From: Eledone cirrhosa
Taxonomy: Eukaryota
Length of the DNA: 64,000 nt
Assembly: GCA_964016885.1 (NCBI GenBank)
Contig: OZ024743.1
Span: 7,130,001-7,194,000, forward strand
Reading direction: 5' to 3'
Position 1 is the first letter of the stretch. Each line of letters opens with the position of its first letter. Below, one piece after another: positions 13,571-26,007 of this stretch. The position numbers and the translations under genes are program-made. A model generated the notes under the pieces. That model ran no database searches and was not told the DNA's origin. It saw nothing but the letters and a program-made list of their open reading frames with translations.

Positions 13571-14631
13571 TTCCAGGGCTGCCACTGAGTAGCAGTTGTG
13601 GTGAGATAGAGAAAAGATCAACGAAAAGACTATCTGAAGTCTGCAATCATTTGATGATAGATATGTGGCTAGATATTTCAAAACATGGTTAGTATTATCC
13701 CTGTACATGCAGTTAGATTTTTTTTTTATTGTATATAATGTCTGCAGAAGAAAAGCACAGGGCTGAAGCACTTTCTGTGCTATTAGATATAGCTTGATAG
13801 GAATTGTTCTAGTGGTCATTAAAGGAAGAAATCTAAGCGATATACTGCAATGTGTTTCCATAGATTAAAATATACTCAGAGTCCTACCCATGCTAGCATG
13901 GAAAAATGGACGTTAAACAATAAGAGAAAGATTGAAAAGGACAGAACCTACCGTTGGCTACACTGTTTCAGGTTAATGGAAGGGACATCATTGGTTGGAG
14001 TTACCAGAGAATTTCTGTCCTTCATTTGGTAACAGTGCATATGTGTGCGTGTGCGTATGCGCGTGTGTGCAGTGTAGAGTTGAAAGAGAAAATGGCAGCA
14101 AATTTTGCAGCTTTATTAACATATAAATCATCAATTTAATTTCAAGAGCCATCACAAGACTAAAACACTTCTGAAATTCTCCAATATTTTAATCATTATT
14201 ATTGTTAACAAACATGAAGTAATAGTTGTATTTATTGATCTCACTTCTACCTTCGATATTGTGATTTTGAAATTCTGTTGGATATGTTCTCTAAGGGCTA
14301 TAACTTGAACAATACTTTTTTTTTTTCCTCATTACATTACTACTGCTCAGTATTTCTGCCTGAGTTTAAGCAGTTGTAGCAGTCTACAAATACAATTATT
14401 ATCATTATTTCATAGTTAAAAATTAAAAGAAAATTGAATAAGAAAGTTTACTGATTAATCATGATAAAAACTTTGGAAGATGGACATATAAGTATACATT
14501 TTGATTTGGAGCATTGGTAAGTGAGTTTCAATTGAATGGTTAGTTGCTATACAAATATACAAAAGACAATAATATAGAAAAGACAATAAGTAATAATATT
14601 GTTTTTATCAGACAAAATTCAATCAATTTTA

Positions 14632-14859
14632 TTAAGAGCTAAAAAACATAACTTTATCTTTTGAAGTAGCTTTTGCAAAAGCTGCTCGAATGCAAGCAAA
14701 TACAATTTTTGGTGGTTGAGATGCATTGACAGCTGCATGGATCCCTTTTTTACTGTAATATTCTACTAATGGGCTGGTGTGCGTATGGTAACTATGAAGA
14801 CGTGTTTTTAGAGTTTCTTCATTATCATCAGCTCTTGCAATAAGAGGTTCACCAGTTAA
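14632..14859 (-). CDS. AK2: Adenylate kinase 2, last coding exon ([21 protein letters not shown]...[13 protein letters not shown])
   Basis: TGEPLI.R.DD motif, AK2-like C-terminus, TAA at 14634-14632; the five exons sum to 732 nt = 243 aa + stop. Confidence 0.95.
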   Translation of the reverse strand, partial: LTGEPLIARADDNEETLKTRLHSYHTHTSPLVEYYSKKGIHAAVNASQPPKIVFACIRAAFAKATSKDKVMFFSS

Positions 14860-16298
14860 CTGGATAGAGAAAATATAGGAGTTACATTATTTATATTAGT
14901 ATATAAATTTAACAAATTAATGATCCTTAATTTCCTAAGAGAGTTCAATAATGATCAATAAAATTATAAACCAATGTAAAGACAAAAAGAAATATGTTAA
15001 ACACAGTAATTTGAAAATTTAATTATAAGAATTTCTGTAGATATATAGATATATCAGTAAAATGAACAATCAGTCAAACCACCAAGTTCTTGATGATGTG
15101 TAGTAAATATTTGAATAGACTGAAAAACAAAATTGGGAGGTATTGTCTGTGTGGGAGACCTATGATAATTTTGGACATGTAATTGATAGAGCAAATATAT
15201 GTAAGAAGAAATTTGTAAGTAGGAATGAAAATATCTAGAATAAAGAACCTAAGAGTACTATTGTGTAAAAGCAAATAGTCAAGAACGAAAATAAGAATTG
15301 ATTTGTGATTCTAGAACCATTTGTGCCTAAATAATGATGCAACTAACAGTTGTTCAGTATTATCAAGCCCTACAGTTGTTCAGGCCTTGTTTCAAGCCTT
15401 ACAATTTTTAGATCCAAAATAACAGAAAAATGAAATTCAAATTAGTAGCGAGGTGGTTATATATGTATTTTATTGTAATTTAAACTGGTGCAATATGTTT
15501 GTTTTCACTATCTCTACTATAGTGGTGATGAGTCTGTATATAAAGTGTTCTGGCTGCTTTCACAGTGAGCTGTAACTCTTCATAATACCTATTTACATAA
15601 CATGCTTATAATAATCACATGCAGTCATCTTAACCCTTTAGCTATCAACCAGGCCTAAACCAGCTCTGGTTCTATGACATAAAACTACCCATTTTAAAGG
15701 CTTCCAATTTAGATTAAAATCTCCCAACATAATTTTATATAAGTACCTTACATTAAATTACTATCTTAGTAATGAAATAATGAATAATTTTAATAAATCC
15801 CTCAATGTTTCATTAATTAATTGAAATAGAGTATATTTCATTAGAAATACGATCGATCATGAAGGGGTTAAATAAAGAAGGATACTATGTAGTCCTTAAT
15901 ATACAAAAAGATAAGATATTGATTGCTGGAATAGTAGAGTGTCATTTGAGAGAGATTTGGTTGCTTTTTCTAGCAGCCCGACTGACAGAATAGATGCTCC
16001 TTTAATGGCTTAAGTTCTTAAGGAATTTCTATTTTGTGTATCTCTAAATGCTGTTCATTAACATTGCTACCATTTCTATAAGAATGGCAATTTGTCTTTT
16101 TTATGCTTCAATTGTATTTTTTTTTTTTTACCTTTCAGGGAAAATTTTTTTGGACCCCACCTATTTTTCCTAGGATAGGTGAAAAAGACAGTGGTAAAAA
16201 TTTAGCAATCAGGTGTGTATTATAAATGTGTGTTTACAAACAACTCTGCATATGCTTCAATAACATAATTAACAAGAGAATGAAAAAAGAACACTCAC

Positions 16299-16466
16299 AT
16301 CATCAATATCAGCCACTTTAGGGGGATTAAATTTTACATGGTATGAACGGCCACTTGGTGGATGAATCCTTCTTCCTGTAATACGTTTAATCAACAGGGA
16401 GTCATCTATAGAAAACTCAATCACAGAATCTAATGCAGTTTTCCGCTTTTCCAGTAAATGATCAAG
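16299..16466 (-). CDS. AK2: Adenylate kinase 2, coding exon 4 (LDHLLEKRK...[29 protein letters not shown])
   Basis: LID-domain motif of long-type adenylate kinases; tttcAG / GTGAGT boundaries; 168 nt. Confidence 0.95.
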
Positions 16467-17063
16467 CTGAAAGATAAAAATATTAAAACAAAGTTGTAAC
16501 TATCTTCAGAATTCAAAAATAATTTAAGGATTTTCTTCGTATGGTTACATTATCCATTTAGAGCAACTTAGTAGCTGTATTGGTTACCCGTTAGCATTGA
16601 AACCGCCCGTATCTGGCCAGAATGCTCTCATTTCTTTATGTTCAAACCGACTGCTCATACATATGTTAAGCAATTGTTCTCAAAATAAATACCATATCTA
16701 CCAGTGTACAAGTCAACATTTGGAGCCTAAAAATATCTCTCCAAAACTGGGGGTCAACTTGTCCACCGAATATAAAGTGTGGAAGAATTTTAGGGGTCGA
16801 CCTATGCGCTGGATCGACTTGCCGGCATATATCAAATCTCGCAGATTTGATATTATGTGAGATCAAGTGTTTACAGTGGAAAAACAATAGTAAATATAGA
16901 GTAATGTAAATGCTAAAGGGTTAAATTTTGAAGAGTTGAACTCGTAGACAAAGATCTAGTCTCGAAACTTATTCGAGAAATTGTGTCCCAGTGGTGATTC
17001 TGACTTAAGTTTTTTTTTTGTTTTTCCAGATACTTGATTTATTTATACTCTGGTACTCTGTTG

Positions 17064-18988
17064 ATAATAATAATAATGAAATTATTGTGTACAGTGCTCA
17101 GGTGCACTACAACTCGTCAAAGGTGCATGTATAGTACATAGAATAATATACAAATGTCAGGGAAGTGAATAGTGTACGAGTCATGATATACATGTGTGTG
17201 TGTGTGTATGGAGGGGGGATATCAGGTGTAGTGTTGGCAAATCTCAGGAAGCATGGAGGTTTTAAAGGATGCAGTGTCTCGACAGCTAACAACTGATGCA
17301 GGTAGTTTGTTCCATGTTTCAGCAACTCTGAGCGTGAAAAAATGTTTCCGAAAGTCATGGGAACTGTGCTGTTTTCTGACTTTGTGGGCATGCCTACGTG
17401 TGTTAGACACATGGAAATCAAAAAGGTGCTCAGGGTTGTTGTTGGCGAGATGGTTAATAATTTTGTGGGTGTTACCAAGTCAGTTGCCAGACGTCGGAGC
17501 TTCAATGTATCCATGCCCAGTGAAGCAAGGCGTTCAGAGTATGGTAGATGCCTGATGGAGGGTATTCGCTTGGTTGCACGTCTCTGAACAGTTTCCAGGC
17601 GGTCAATGTTCTGAGCAAGATAGGGGTTCCAGACTGGTGATGCAAATTCTAAGTGTGGCCGCACCATAGCTATATACAGCTTTAAATAGATAGCTGGAGA
17701 GCGGCTGACAAAGGTCTTGCTGAGTAATGCTAAGATACCCTCGGCCTTCTTGACAACTTTAGAGACATGCTTCGTCCAACGCAAATTGCTGCTGATCGTA
17801 AAGACCAGGTCACGTTCACAAGAAGACTTCTTGATATTAGTGCTGTGGAGGGAGTATGTGGACGCTGGGTTTTTACTCCCAAAATGCATGGTGGTACACT
17901 TGTCCACAGCTAGCTTGAGTTGCCAGTCTGTGATCCATTGTTGCATTGTATCCAGGTCAGATTGCAGGCAAGATCTATAGTGTTCAGGATCTGTCCTTTT
18001 TATCTCAAGGTACAGCTTGAGGTCATCTGCATATTTCAGTACTGTGGCATTCTTTAAATTGGCATCTATGTCATTAATATATGCCACAAACAAAAGGGGG
18101 CCAAGAACAGATCCCTGTGGTACACCAGATGACATCTCATATGGTGAGGAATGCTGTCCTAGAACCGCGACTACCTCTCTTCGACTGAGAATGAAAGACT
18201 TCAACCAGTTAAAAAGATCATCCTTCACACTCATTACAGAGAGTTTTGCTAGAAGTCTTTTGTGTGGCACAGAATAAAAAGCTTTAGCAAAGTCAAGATA
18301 AACAACATCCACCCATGAGCCGCCATCAGTGATCCGGGTGATGTCTTCAAGAAACTCAATAAGTTGATCACAGCAGTTGGAGTTAGGGATAAATCCAAAT
18401 TGTGAGGGCCGGATAAGACTGTGAGAGTTCCAGAAGTTCCAAAGCGTTTCTCTGACACAAGATTCCATCAGTTTGGCAATGCAGCTAGTAAGACTGACTG
18501 GACAGTTCACAGGTGATGTGCGGTCACCCTTTTTGAACAGAGGAATGACATTGGCAGTTTTCCACTGTTCTGGAGTAACACCGTTGTTGAGACAAAATTG
18601 GAAGAAGTGTGATAGCTGGTGCAGAAGAAAGTACCCACCACGTTTGAGAAGCAGGTACGTTACACCATCAAGACCAGGAGAGGCATGGTTGCATTTATTT
18701 TTAAGGTGACGTCACAGCATTGCAGGTGTAAATTCCATAGTTGTAATAGAGTCCGATGTCAGAGGTGGTGGAGATGGTACACTCTGGTCTTCAATAGTGA
18801 AAATGCCTGCATAGCATTCAGCAATGAGCTCTGCGCATTCCTTGGGGTCGTCAGTAACCTGGCTTGTGTGGGGATTGCGAAGAGGACCAACTGGAGAGTG
18901 AGGCCTCTGCTTTTGAGTGAACATACTTCCAGAATACCTTACTGTCAGGGCTGGTTGCTATGCGCTGCTCAAATTGAAGCACTGCCTT
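17064..18988 (-). mobile_element. CR1-type LINE, 5'-truncated and frameshifted copy in AK2 intron 3
   Basis: ORFs 17107..18510 and 18712..18924 match ORF2; (ATT)n tail; possible TTGAT target duplication. Confidence 0.93.
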
Positions 18989-19579
18989 GATGTATGGATT
19001 ATTTACTTGACAACAATCTATTGTGTTAGAACTCCTTGATTTTGATCTGACTCCTGTCCTGCCAAATAGATATTTTAGTCACTGTGCATAGAACTACCTA
19101 AATGCAGTTTAACTTGATACTTAGAAGGGCAGTCAAGCAGGAGATTCAAGTAGCTTACTCATTTTAGCATTGTATAGTTTCATAAGGTTTAGCTGTAGAA
19201 CATTACATTTATTAAACTGAGAAGAGCTATCCCTTAATCTTCTTTGAGAAATATTGAGTGAAATGAGGTATATAGAAAGGGGATAATGGAAGGAGGTGAA
19301 TAAATTGCATAGATATGTTCAGATCTATAACCCCAACCTCATCCAAACACACATAACCCCTCCATCTTGCAATAATACAAGCTGTCAAGCCAACTAGGTT
19401 ACATTGACCAGCTAGAAATAGCAGTCAAGAACTCTCACACCCTAACATCTTAGGGAAGGACACATTAGATGATGTAGCCATTCACTGGAATAGTGAATGG
19501 CAGCTAAACATACATAGACATAAAAAAAAATAATATATATTTAAAATTTTAGTCAAAGTAAAACCCAAAAAATGCTTAC

Positions 19580-19770
19580 TGCTTCTGCTTGGCTCACATT
19601 CCTAGGAAATCCATCAAGCAAAAATCCATTTGCACAGGCTTCTTTATCCAAATTCTGACTAATTATTTCAATGACTAAATCATCACTAACTAATTTTCCA
19701 TCATTAATTACTCTTTTAATTTCTTCTCCCAGCTTTGATCCAGAAGCTACCATGGCACGTAACATATCCC
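19580..19770 (-). CDS. AK2: Adenylate kinase 2, coding exon 3 ([12 protein letters not shown]...GKLVSDDL...[16 protein letters not shown])
   Basis: Inside ORF 19553..19852; adenylate kinase signature FLLDGFPR; AG/GT boundaries; 191 nt. Confidence 0.96.
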
Positions 19771-19969
19771 CTAAAAAAATAAAATACGTTTTAATTTTAA
19801 CAACAACATATAAGACATAAGTAGACATGAAAACATCTCTTACAAATTTCATATGTTATATTTGTATGATGCCACAAGTGTTGCGTTGTAGCCTTGAATA
19901 AGATAGTTAACTACTCGTCTATACTTAAGAAATAAAAAAAAAGTTCACTTCTTTGTTCACTTATTTCCG

Positions 19970-20205
19970 AGAGGGTCATGAGGGTAGAGTCCTCAAGCAC
20001 TCCTTCCAGCAGGAGCTGTCAGAAGCAACCATCTCCAACTGATCCAGCTGGATCCTCAAGCATGACCAGCCAAGCTCATGGATGTTATCGAACCATCTTA
20101 CCCAGGGTCTAACCCTGGGTCTCTTTCCGGTTCGTTTTACCTGTAAAAATCTGTCCTGAGACATTCCAACCACATGTCCGTAGTATTGGAGCTGTGATCT
20201 CTCAA
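19970..20205 (-). mobile_element. RTE-like LINE 3' fragment
   Basis: LERSQLQYYGHVVGM...GKRPRVRPWVRWFDNI motif. Confidence 0.65.
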
Positions 20206-20344
20206 GTTAAAAATTTAATATTTTATGACTAAAGTTTTAACTACTCAGCTATAAAGAATGCAGTGAACACTGTTTATAAAGTAAACTTGATTTAAAATAT
20301 TTGGGTTCTCTGATGCAGAAATCATATACATGTATGTTAAAAAA

Positions 20345-20345
<1 letters not shown>

Positions 20346-20407
<62 letters not shown>
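20346..20407. repeat. (CA)n(TA)n microsatellite; similar tracts near 643-694, 34138-34184, 59860-59889
   Basis: Direct inspection. Confidence 0.95.
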
Positions 20408-20411
<4 letters not shown>

Positions 20412-20679
20412 GGACAAGGTGTCAAATTTTCATTACATTTATTGACATGTGATGTGATTGATCAGCTCAAGGTTCGATCCATGTTGATCGGGCCCGACAC
20501 TGGAATCAAAAGCTCATCAGACTTCTGTTATCGTAATACATACACACACACACACACACACACATATAAAAAATTATATACCTATATATTAGTATGCTGA
20601 AGTATAGAGGTGTATATTTATGATTGTATGTAAATACAGTTATTTTTATATGAACATGAGTGTGATTATAGATAATATA

Positions 20680-21555
20680 TCTATATAAAGTTGTAATTCC
20701 TGTCTGTTTTTTGTTTGTTTGTTTGTTCACGAACTCCTCCTATAGTTTTGGAGATAGACACCCATAACCATATATATTCTGAAACTACATTGCCTTGGAT
20801 AAGTATATTTCATTTTAATCGAAGGATTCCCCGGGGGCACAAACCCCGCTGAAAATTTTTTCCCTACAATTTATATGAAATTTAAACCAAAGGTAAATGA
20901 CAAGATATGATGCCTATTCACAATTTCAGCAAATTTCAATAATATTAAGACACCCTAATGGGGGTTAAACCCCCTATAGTGAAAATTTTGGCCAATAAAT
21001 GGAACAAGATGTGTTGTAACAAAATTGCATGAGAACTTGATTGAAGCAACCATTATATTTGGGGCTTACAAAGGTCAAGCTCTTCTCATTCCGAGGATAC
21101 CACTTATACCAAGTGATAGCGAGTTGCCTTTTACATTTAAGAGGCTGCAGTTCCCATTGAGGCCATGCTTTGCCATGAGCATCAATAAGAGTCAAGGTCA
21201 AACTTTCAAAACTATTGGTATCAATCTGACAAACCCATGTTTAAGTCATGGCATATTTTATGTGGCTGCTTCAAGGACTGGAACTTCAAAAAATCTCTAC
21301 ATTTTAGCCAATCAAAGAAAGACAAATGTTGTTTACCCTGAAGTTCTTCATTAGGACAAAGTATGAAATATATTTTCATGTATTTATTATGTTAAAAAAT
21401 AATGTTTTCCAATTTTTCATGCATTACATTTTACATTGAGTAATATTGAAATGCAGAGTTTTTCTCCATAAATTATATCACTGATTTAAAATCAATCATC
21501 ATTTTCTTACAAAACAAATCTGTGAAACACAGCAAGGCGTAGGTAATTCGGCTAG
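20680..21555 (+). mobile_element. Helitron derivative carrying the C-terminus of the PIF1-like helicase
   Basis: A|TC start, CTAG|T end; ORF 21025..21354 RLQFPLRPCFAMSINKSQGQT...SHGIFYVAASR...NVVYPEVL. Confidence 0.88.
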
Positions 21556-21789
21556 TATATTCATATACTTAAATCTATGAGCAAATATGTTTGTGAATAT
21601 AGAGATTTGTATAACAATATAATTGTTTCTACTTTAGGTACAGGGCCAGCAATTATCCAGTGCATTACTGGTACTTTATTTTAGCGACCCCGTAAGGATG
21701 AAAGGCAAAGTCAACCTCAGCGGGATTTGAACTCAGATCGTAAAGGGACGTAACTATGCTGGAAAGCATGGCGTCCAATGATATATATT

Positions 21790-22960
21790 CTATCAGTCCT
21801 CAGGCCTGCTAGCCATTGCATACATGGACCAGTTGGAGCACACAACACTCACCACCTGCCACTCTTGCTCTTCTTCTCCAGGTAGGTGGATGACATCCTT
21901 ATGCTCATTTCTGTCAAGATTTACATCTTCTAAAACAGACACACACCTGAATTTTGAGGTTGAGCATCCAAGCACCACTGGATTCCCCTCTCTACTTGAC
22001 TTTACACTAAGAATTACAGAGGAGGGATCCATATATACACCAGATTTTACAAGAAGGATGCCTGCAGAGATATTTTTGTGCACCATGATTCTGTCTTTTC
22101 CCTAGAGCCAAAATGGCTAATATACTGAATGAGATCTCCTGGATGCGTAACAGATGCAGTGATTGTAGCAACAATCATACCAGCACAGTGGTATTCCAGA
22201 AAGTTCTCTCTGAGAATGGCTACCCTACTTCTCTCACCAAACACTGAAATACTAAGGTAGAAACACTTAAAAGAACGAGGAGGACACGTGCCCCTAGCGG
22301 TAACATATGCTACCTAAAGCTACCGCATTTTAATGATTACAACCACTGCCATCAGAGAAGCCTTCCTTAGGGAGGGCTTAAATATACAACTGGCGCACTC
22401 AAAACCTTCATTCACAAGACAGCTCCACAGACACTGACCTACATATGGTATGTGCACACTTCCTAACTGTCCTATTAACAATGCAGAAGTGTTCATGAGA
22501 GTGTGTATGGTCTACAAAGTCACATGTAAAAATGGAGTTCCTCGTACATCAGTAGTACCATCCAGATGCTGCATATAGGGATCAAAGAGCACACAATAAT
22601 GAGAGCCTCTTTTGTTAAAAAACATCTTGATAGATGCTGCAGTCATGATATTAAGGTCACCAAAAAGGTGATGAAAAGGAATGTGGACAATTTAAGAATC
22701 AAAGAGGCCATTATCATTAACTAGAAAAAAACCATAGATAAATAATAGTTTGGAAATGCACAAAGCAGATTGGCTACTTTAACAACTTCACGCATGTGTA
22801 TGTCAGACACACAGACCAGTTAAGGAAGTACACATCGATCATTCATTTTTGTATTGAATCGTTTCTGTTTCACATTTAAAAAGAGGGTAATAACCCTGAA
22901 ATATGTTGAAATATACTGGGTAAAACATTACTTTGTTTTGTTTCCTTTGTCATCCCTTGC
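21790..22960 (+). mobile_element. Decayed Penelope-like element (RT end + GIY-YIG + LTR remnant)
   Basis: AYMDQLE, R*VDDIL, FEVEHP...LLDFTL, ENGYP, VYKVTC...IKEH, LRIKEAIII motifs across frames. Confidence 0.75.
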
Positions 22961-23302
22961 CCTTTATATATTTCTACTGCATTCTACTGGCTTTAACTCA
23001 TTTAACCATTTAGTATTTACATTACTATATATATATATACTATTATATTTTCGCAGTAAAGGCTTTATCTCACATATTGAATGTATGAGATTTTGATATT
23101 TATTTTGAGAACAATACCTTAACATCAGTATGAGTGGCTGGTTACAGCCGGTTTGAAAGGAAATCCCTGTAGCAGGTTACAGCCAGTTTGAAAGGAAAAA
23201 GGTAAGGGAATTCTGGCCGAATGCTAGAGAGTTAAAATATTTATTTTTTAATACTTTTATTTAGGTTTAAATTTTCTATAATTGAATAAATAAAGATCTT
23301 AC

Positions 23303-23348
23303 CAGTTGATAAATGGCATACATTGTAGTGATCAGCCAATAAAGGAGC
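23303..23348 (-). CDS. AK2: Adenylate kinase 2, coding exon 2 (APLLADHYNVCHLST-G)
   Basis: tttttAG acceptor, GTAAG donor, 46 nt; the CHLSTG motif joins in frame to the GDMLR of the next exon. Confidence 0.93.
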
Positions 23349-23426
23349 CTAAAAATAAAAATTAACATTGGTCAATGAAGTAATCAAAGTTCACATGCAG
23401 TTAATCATTTTGAGACAAAAATCAAA

Positions 23427-24238
23427 TCTATATACATAAATGGCAATTTCTGTCTGTGTGTTTGTTTGTGAACCTAAAACTCAAAAATTACCAAACCGAT
23501 CTTGATGAAACTTGACACGTGTGTGGGGCTCATGCCCATTTGATTTCTTACATATATTTCATTTTAATCAAAGGGTTCCCCGGGGGCTCAAACTCCTGCT
23601 GAAAATGTTTTCCCTTTGATTTATATGAAATTTAAACCATAGGTAAATAACAAGATATGATGCCTATTCACAAAATTTCAATAATATTAAGACACCCTAA
23701 TAGGGGTTAAACCCCCTATACATAAATGGAAATTTCTCGCTTAGGTTTGTGAACCTAAAACTCAAAAACTACCAAACCGATCTTGATGAAACTTGACATG
23801 TGTGGGGCTCAGGCCCATTTGATTTCTAACATACTTTGAAGTTAAAAAAAAAAAAAAATCGATAATTTCCAGTGTGCATCGATTTTTTAAAAACGAATAG
23901 GAAATTTGTATGCAAATGCTCATATGAATGTTATTTTCTGCCGTAACTTTTAAAGCTCTCAACAGATTTCCTTCAAACTTGAAACATAGATTATGTGCTA
24001 AGAATGGCTTTTTGCTGAAGAAAATTATCCAGACCACTCGAGCAAAGCGTAAGCTGATTTTTAATTAACTGAGGAGCAAAATTTGGCTTCAGCTGTTGTG
24101 GGCTTAAAATGTTCTCCATAAATCAACTTAATATTCTCTGCTTGCTGTAATATTTATTTTTGGTCTGAGAGGCATTGGGTATTTTAATGGGAACTGGAAA
24201 TACCCCCGCTCCTGGGTATTACCGGGTACCTCAGCTAG
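23427..24238 (+). mobile_element. Non-autonomous Helitron with an internally duplicated 5' segment
   Basis: A|TC start, subterminal hairpin (CCTGGGTATTACCGGG), CTAG|T end; shares about 170 bp with the 20680 element. Confidence 0.8.
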
Positions 24239-25347
24239 TTATAGAATAAAATGCAATATTACAAAATAGAACATTATTATTCAGATGGCTGCTGGATTAT
24301 CAGTATTGGTAAAGCGTCCAACACCAACACCATGCTTTGCAGCATAAAGTTATGGCCCTTTTCATTCTGAGTTCAAATCCCGCTGAGGTTAACTTTATCT
24401 TTCATCCTTCTGGGGTCAATAAAATAAAGCACCAGTAATGCACTGAGGTCAATGTAATCAACTTTCCCCTCCCCTTCAAATTTTCAAATTGCTGCCCTTG
24501 TGCCTAAAGTAGAAACGATTATTATTATTGTTTAACATTCATTTTCATGGCAGGCAAGAGTTGGATGGGCCATCACAAACTAAGTGAGTATTCAAGCAGA
24601 GCTACTGCCCTCTCAGACTGATGTGGGGGTGTGAGACCTCATCTTATTTATGTTCCCATGCTCTACCAAGTCCTCAGATGGGCTGGGGGCCGGCATCTCG
24701 CTTATATTCATTTCCACACTCTAGCATGTGTATTCTATCATAGCACCAGCACTACATTTGTATTTATTCAAAGAATATTTAAACTAATCATTATGAACAA
24801 GAGGCAAATAAACCTTCTGAGAACTTGCTAAATACATAACAGTTAATGTTTACACACAAAATCTACAAACAATCAGGAATGCCAATAACACATTATAACA
24901 TTCATTCATTGTTAAAGCTAACATGTTTGCCTTCTTCTGTGTCTTCAACACAATGCTCAATAAAATTAACCATCAATCTCACCAGTAACAATGAAATAAC
25001 TACTTATACCTGCTGCAATAAAATATGAAAGCAAATAGATTAAACAATAGACATAAAACTTCTGAAATTCTCTACTATCCAAATGAATTATCACCAAGTT
25101 ATTTCAGCACTCCACTCAAAAGGATATTCTAATGTATGTTTAATCCTTTAGCATTTACATTTCTCTCTCTATATATACTATTGTATTTTCATATATACTA
25201 TTGTATTCTATATATACTATTGTATTCTCTATATATACTATTGTATTTTACCTTACATAATTATATCACATAATATCGAATCTACGAGATTTTGATGATG
25301 ATATTTATTTTGAGAACAATACCTTAGTGTAGGTATGAGCAGCCAGT

Positions 25348-26007
25348 TACAGCCGGTTTGAAGAGAAAGAGGTGAGAGAATTCTGGCCGGATACAGCCGG
25401 TTTGAAGAGAAAGAGGTGAGAGAGTTCTGGCCGGATACAGCCGGTTTGAAGAGAAAGAGGTGAGAGAGTTCTGGCCAGTTACAGCCGGTTTGAAGAGAAA
25501 GAGGTGAGAGAGTTCTGGCCGGATACAGCCGGTTTGAAGAGAAAGAGGTGAGAGAGTTCTGGCCGGATACAGCCGGTTTGAAGAGAAAGAGGTGAGAGAG
25601 TTCTGGCCGGATACAGCCGGTTTGAAGAGAAAGAGGTGAGAGAGTTCTGGCCGGATACAGCCGGTTTGAAGAGAAAGAGGTGAGAGAGTTCTGGCCGGAT
25701 ACAGCCGGTTTGAAGAGAAAGAGGTGAGAGAGTTCTGGCCGGATACAGCCGGTTTGAAGAGAAAGAGGTGAGAGAGTTCTGGCCAGTTACAGCCGGTTTG
25801 AAGAGAAAGAGGTGAGAGAATTCTGGCCGGATACAGCCGGTTTGAAGAGAAAGAGGTGAGAGAGTTCTGGCCGGATACAGCCGGTTTGAAGAGAAAGAGG
25901 TGAGAGAGTTCTGGCCGGATACAGCCGGTTTGAAGAGAAAGAGGTGAGAGAGTTCTGGCCAGTTACAGCCGGTTTGAAGAGAAAGAGGTGAGAGAATTCT
26001 GGCCGGA
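25348..26007. repeat. 44-bp tandem repeat, 15 copies, inside a TTAA MITE in AK2 intron 1
   Basis: Unit TACAGCCGGTTTGAAGAGAAAGAGGTGAGAGAGTTCTGGCCGGA, starts at 25348, 25392 ... 25964. Confidence 0.97.

Noticed and set aside
21025-21354. Host PIF1 helicase gene
   Set aside because: Only the C-terminal motifs are present, enclosed by Helitron TC...CTAG termini inside an AK2 intron.
25348-26007. CRISPR-like appearance of regular repeats
   Set aside because: Units are contiguous with no unique spacers, there are no cas genes, the context is eukaryotic, and the unit derives from a MITE.
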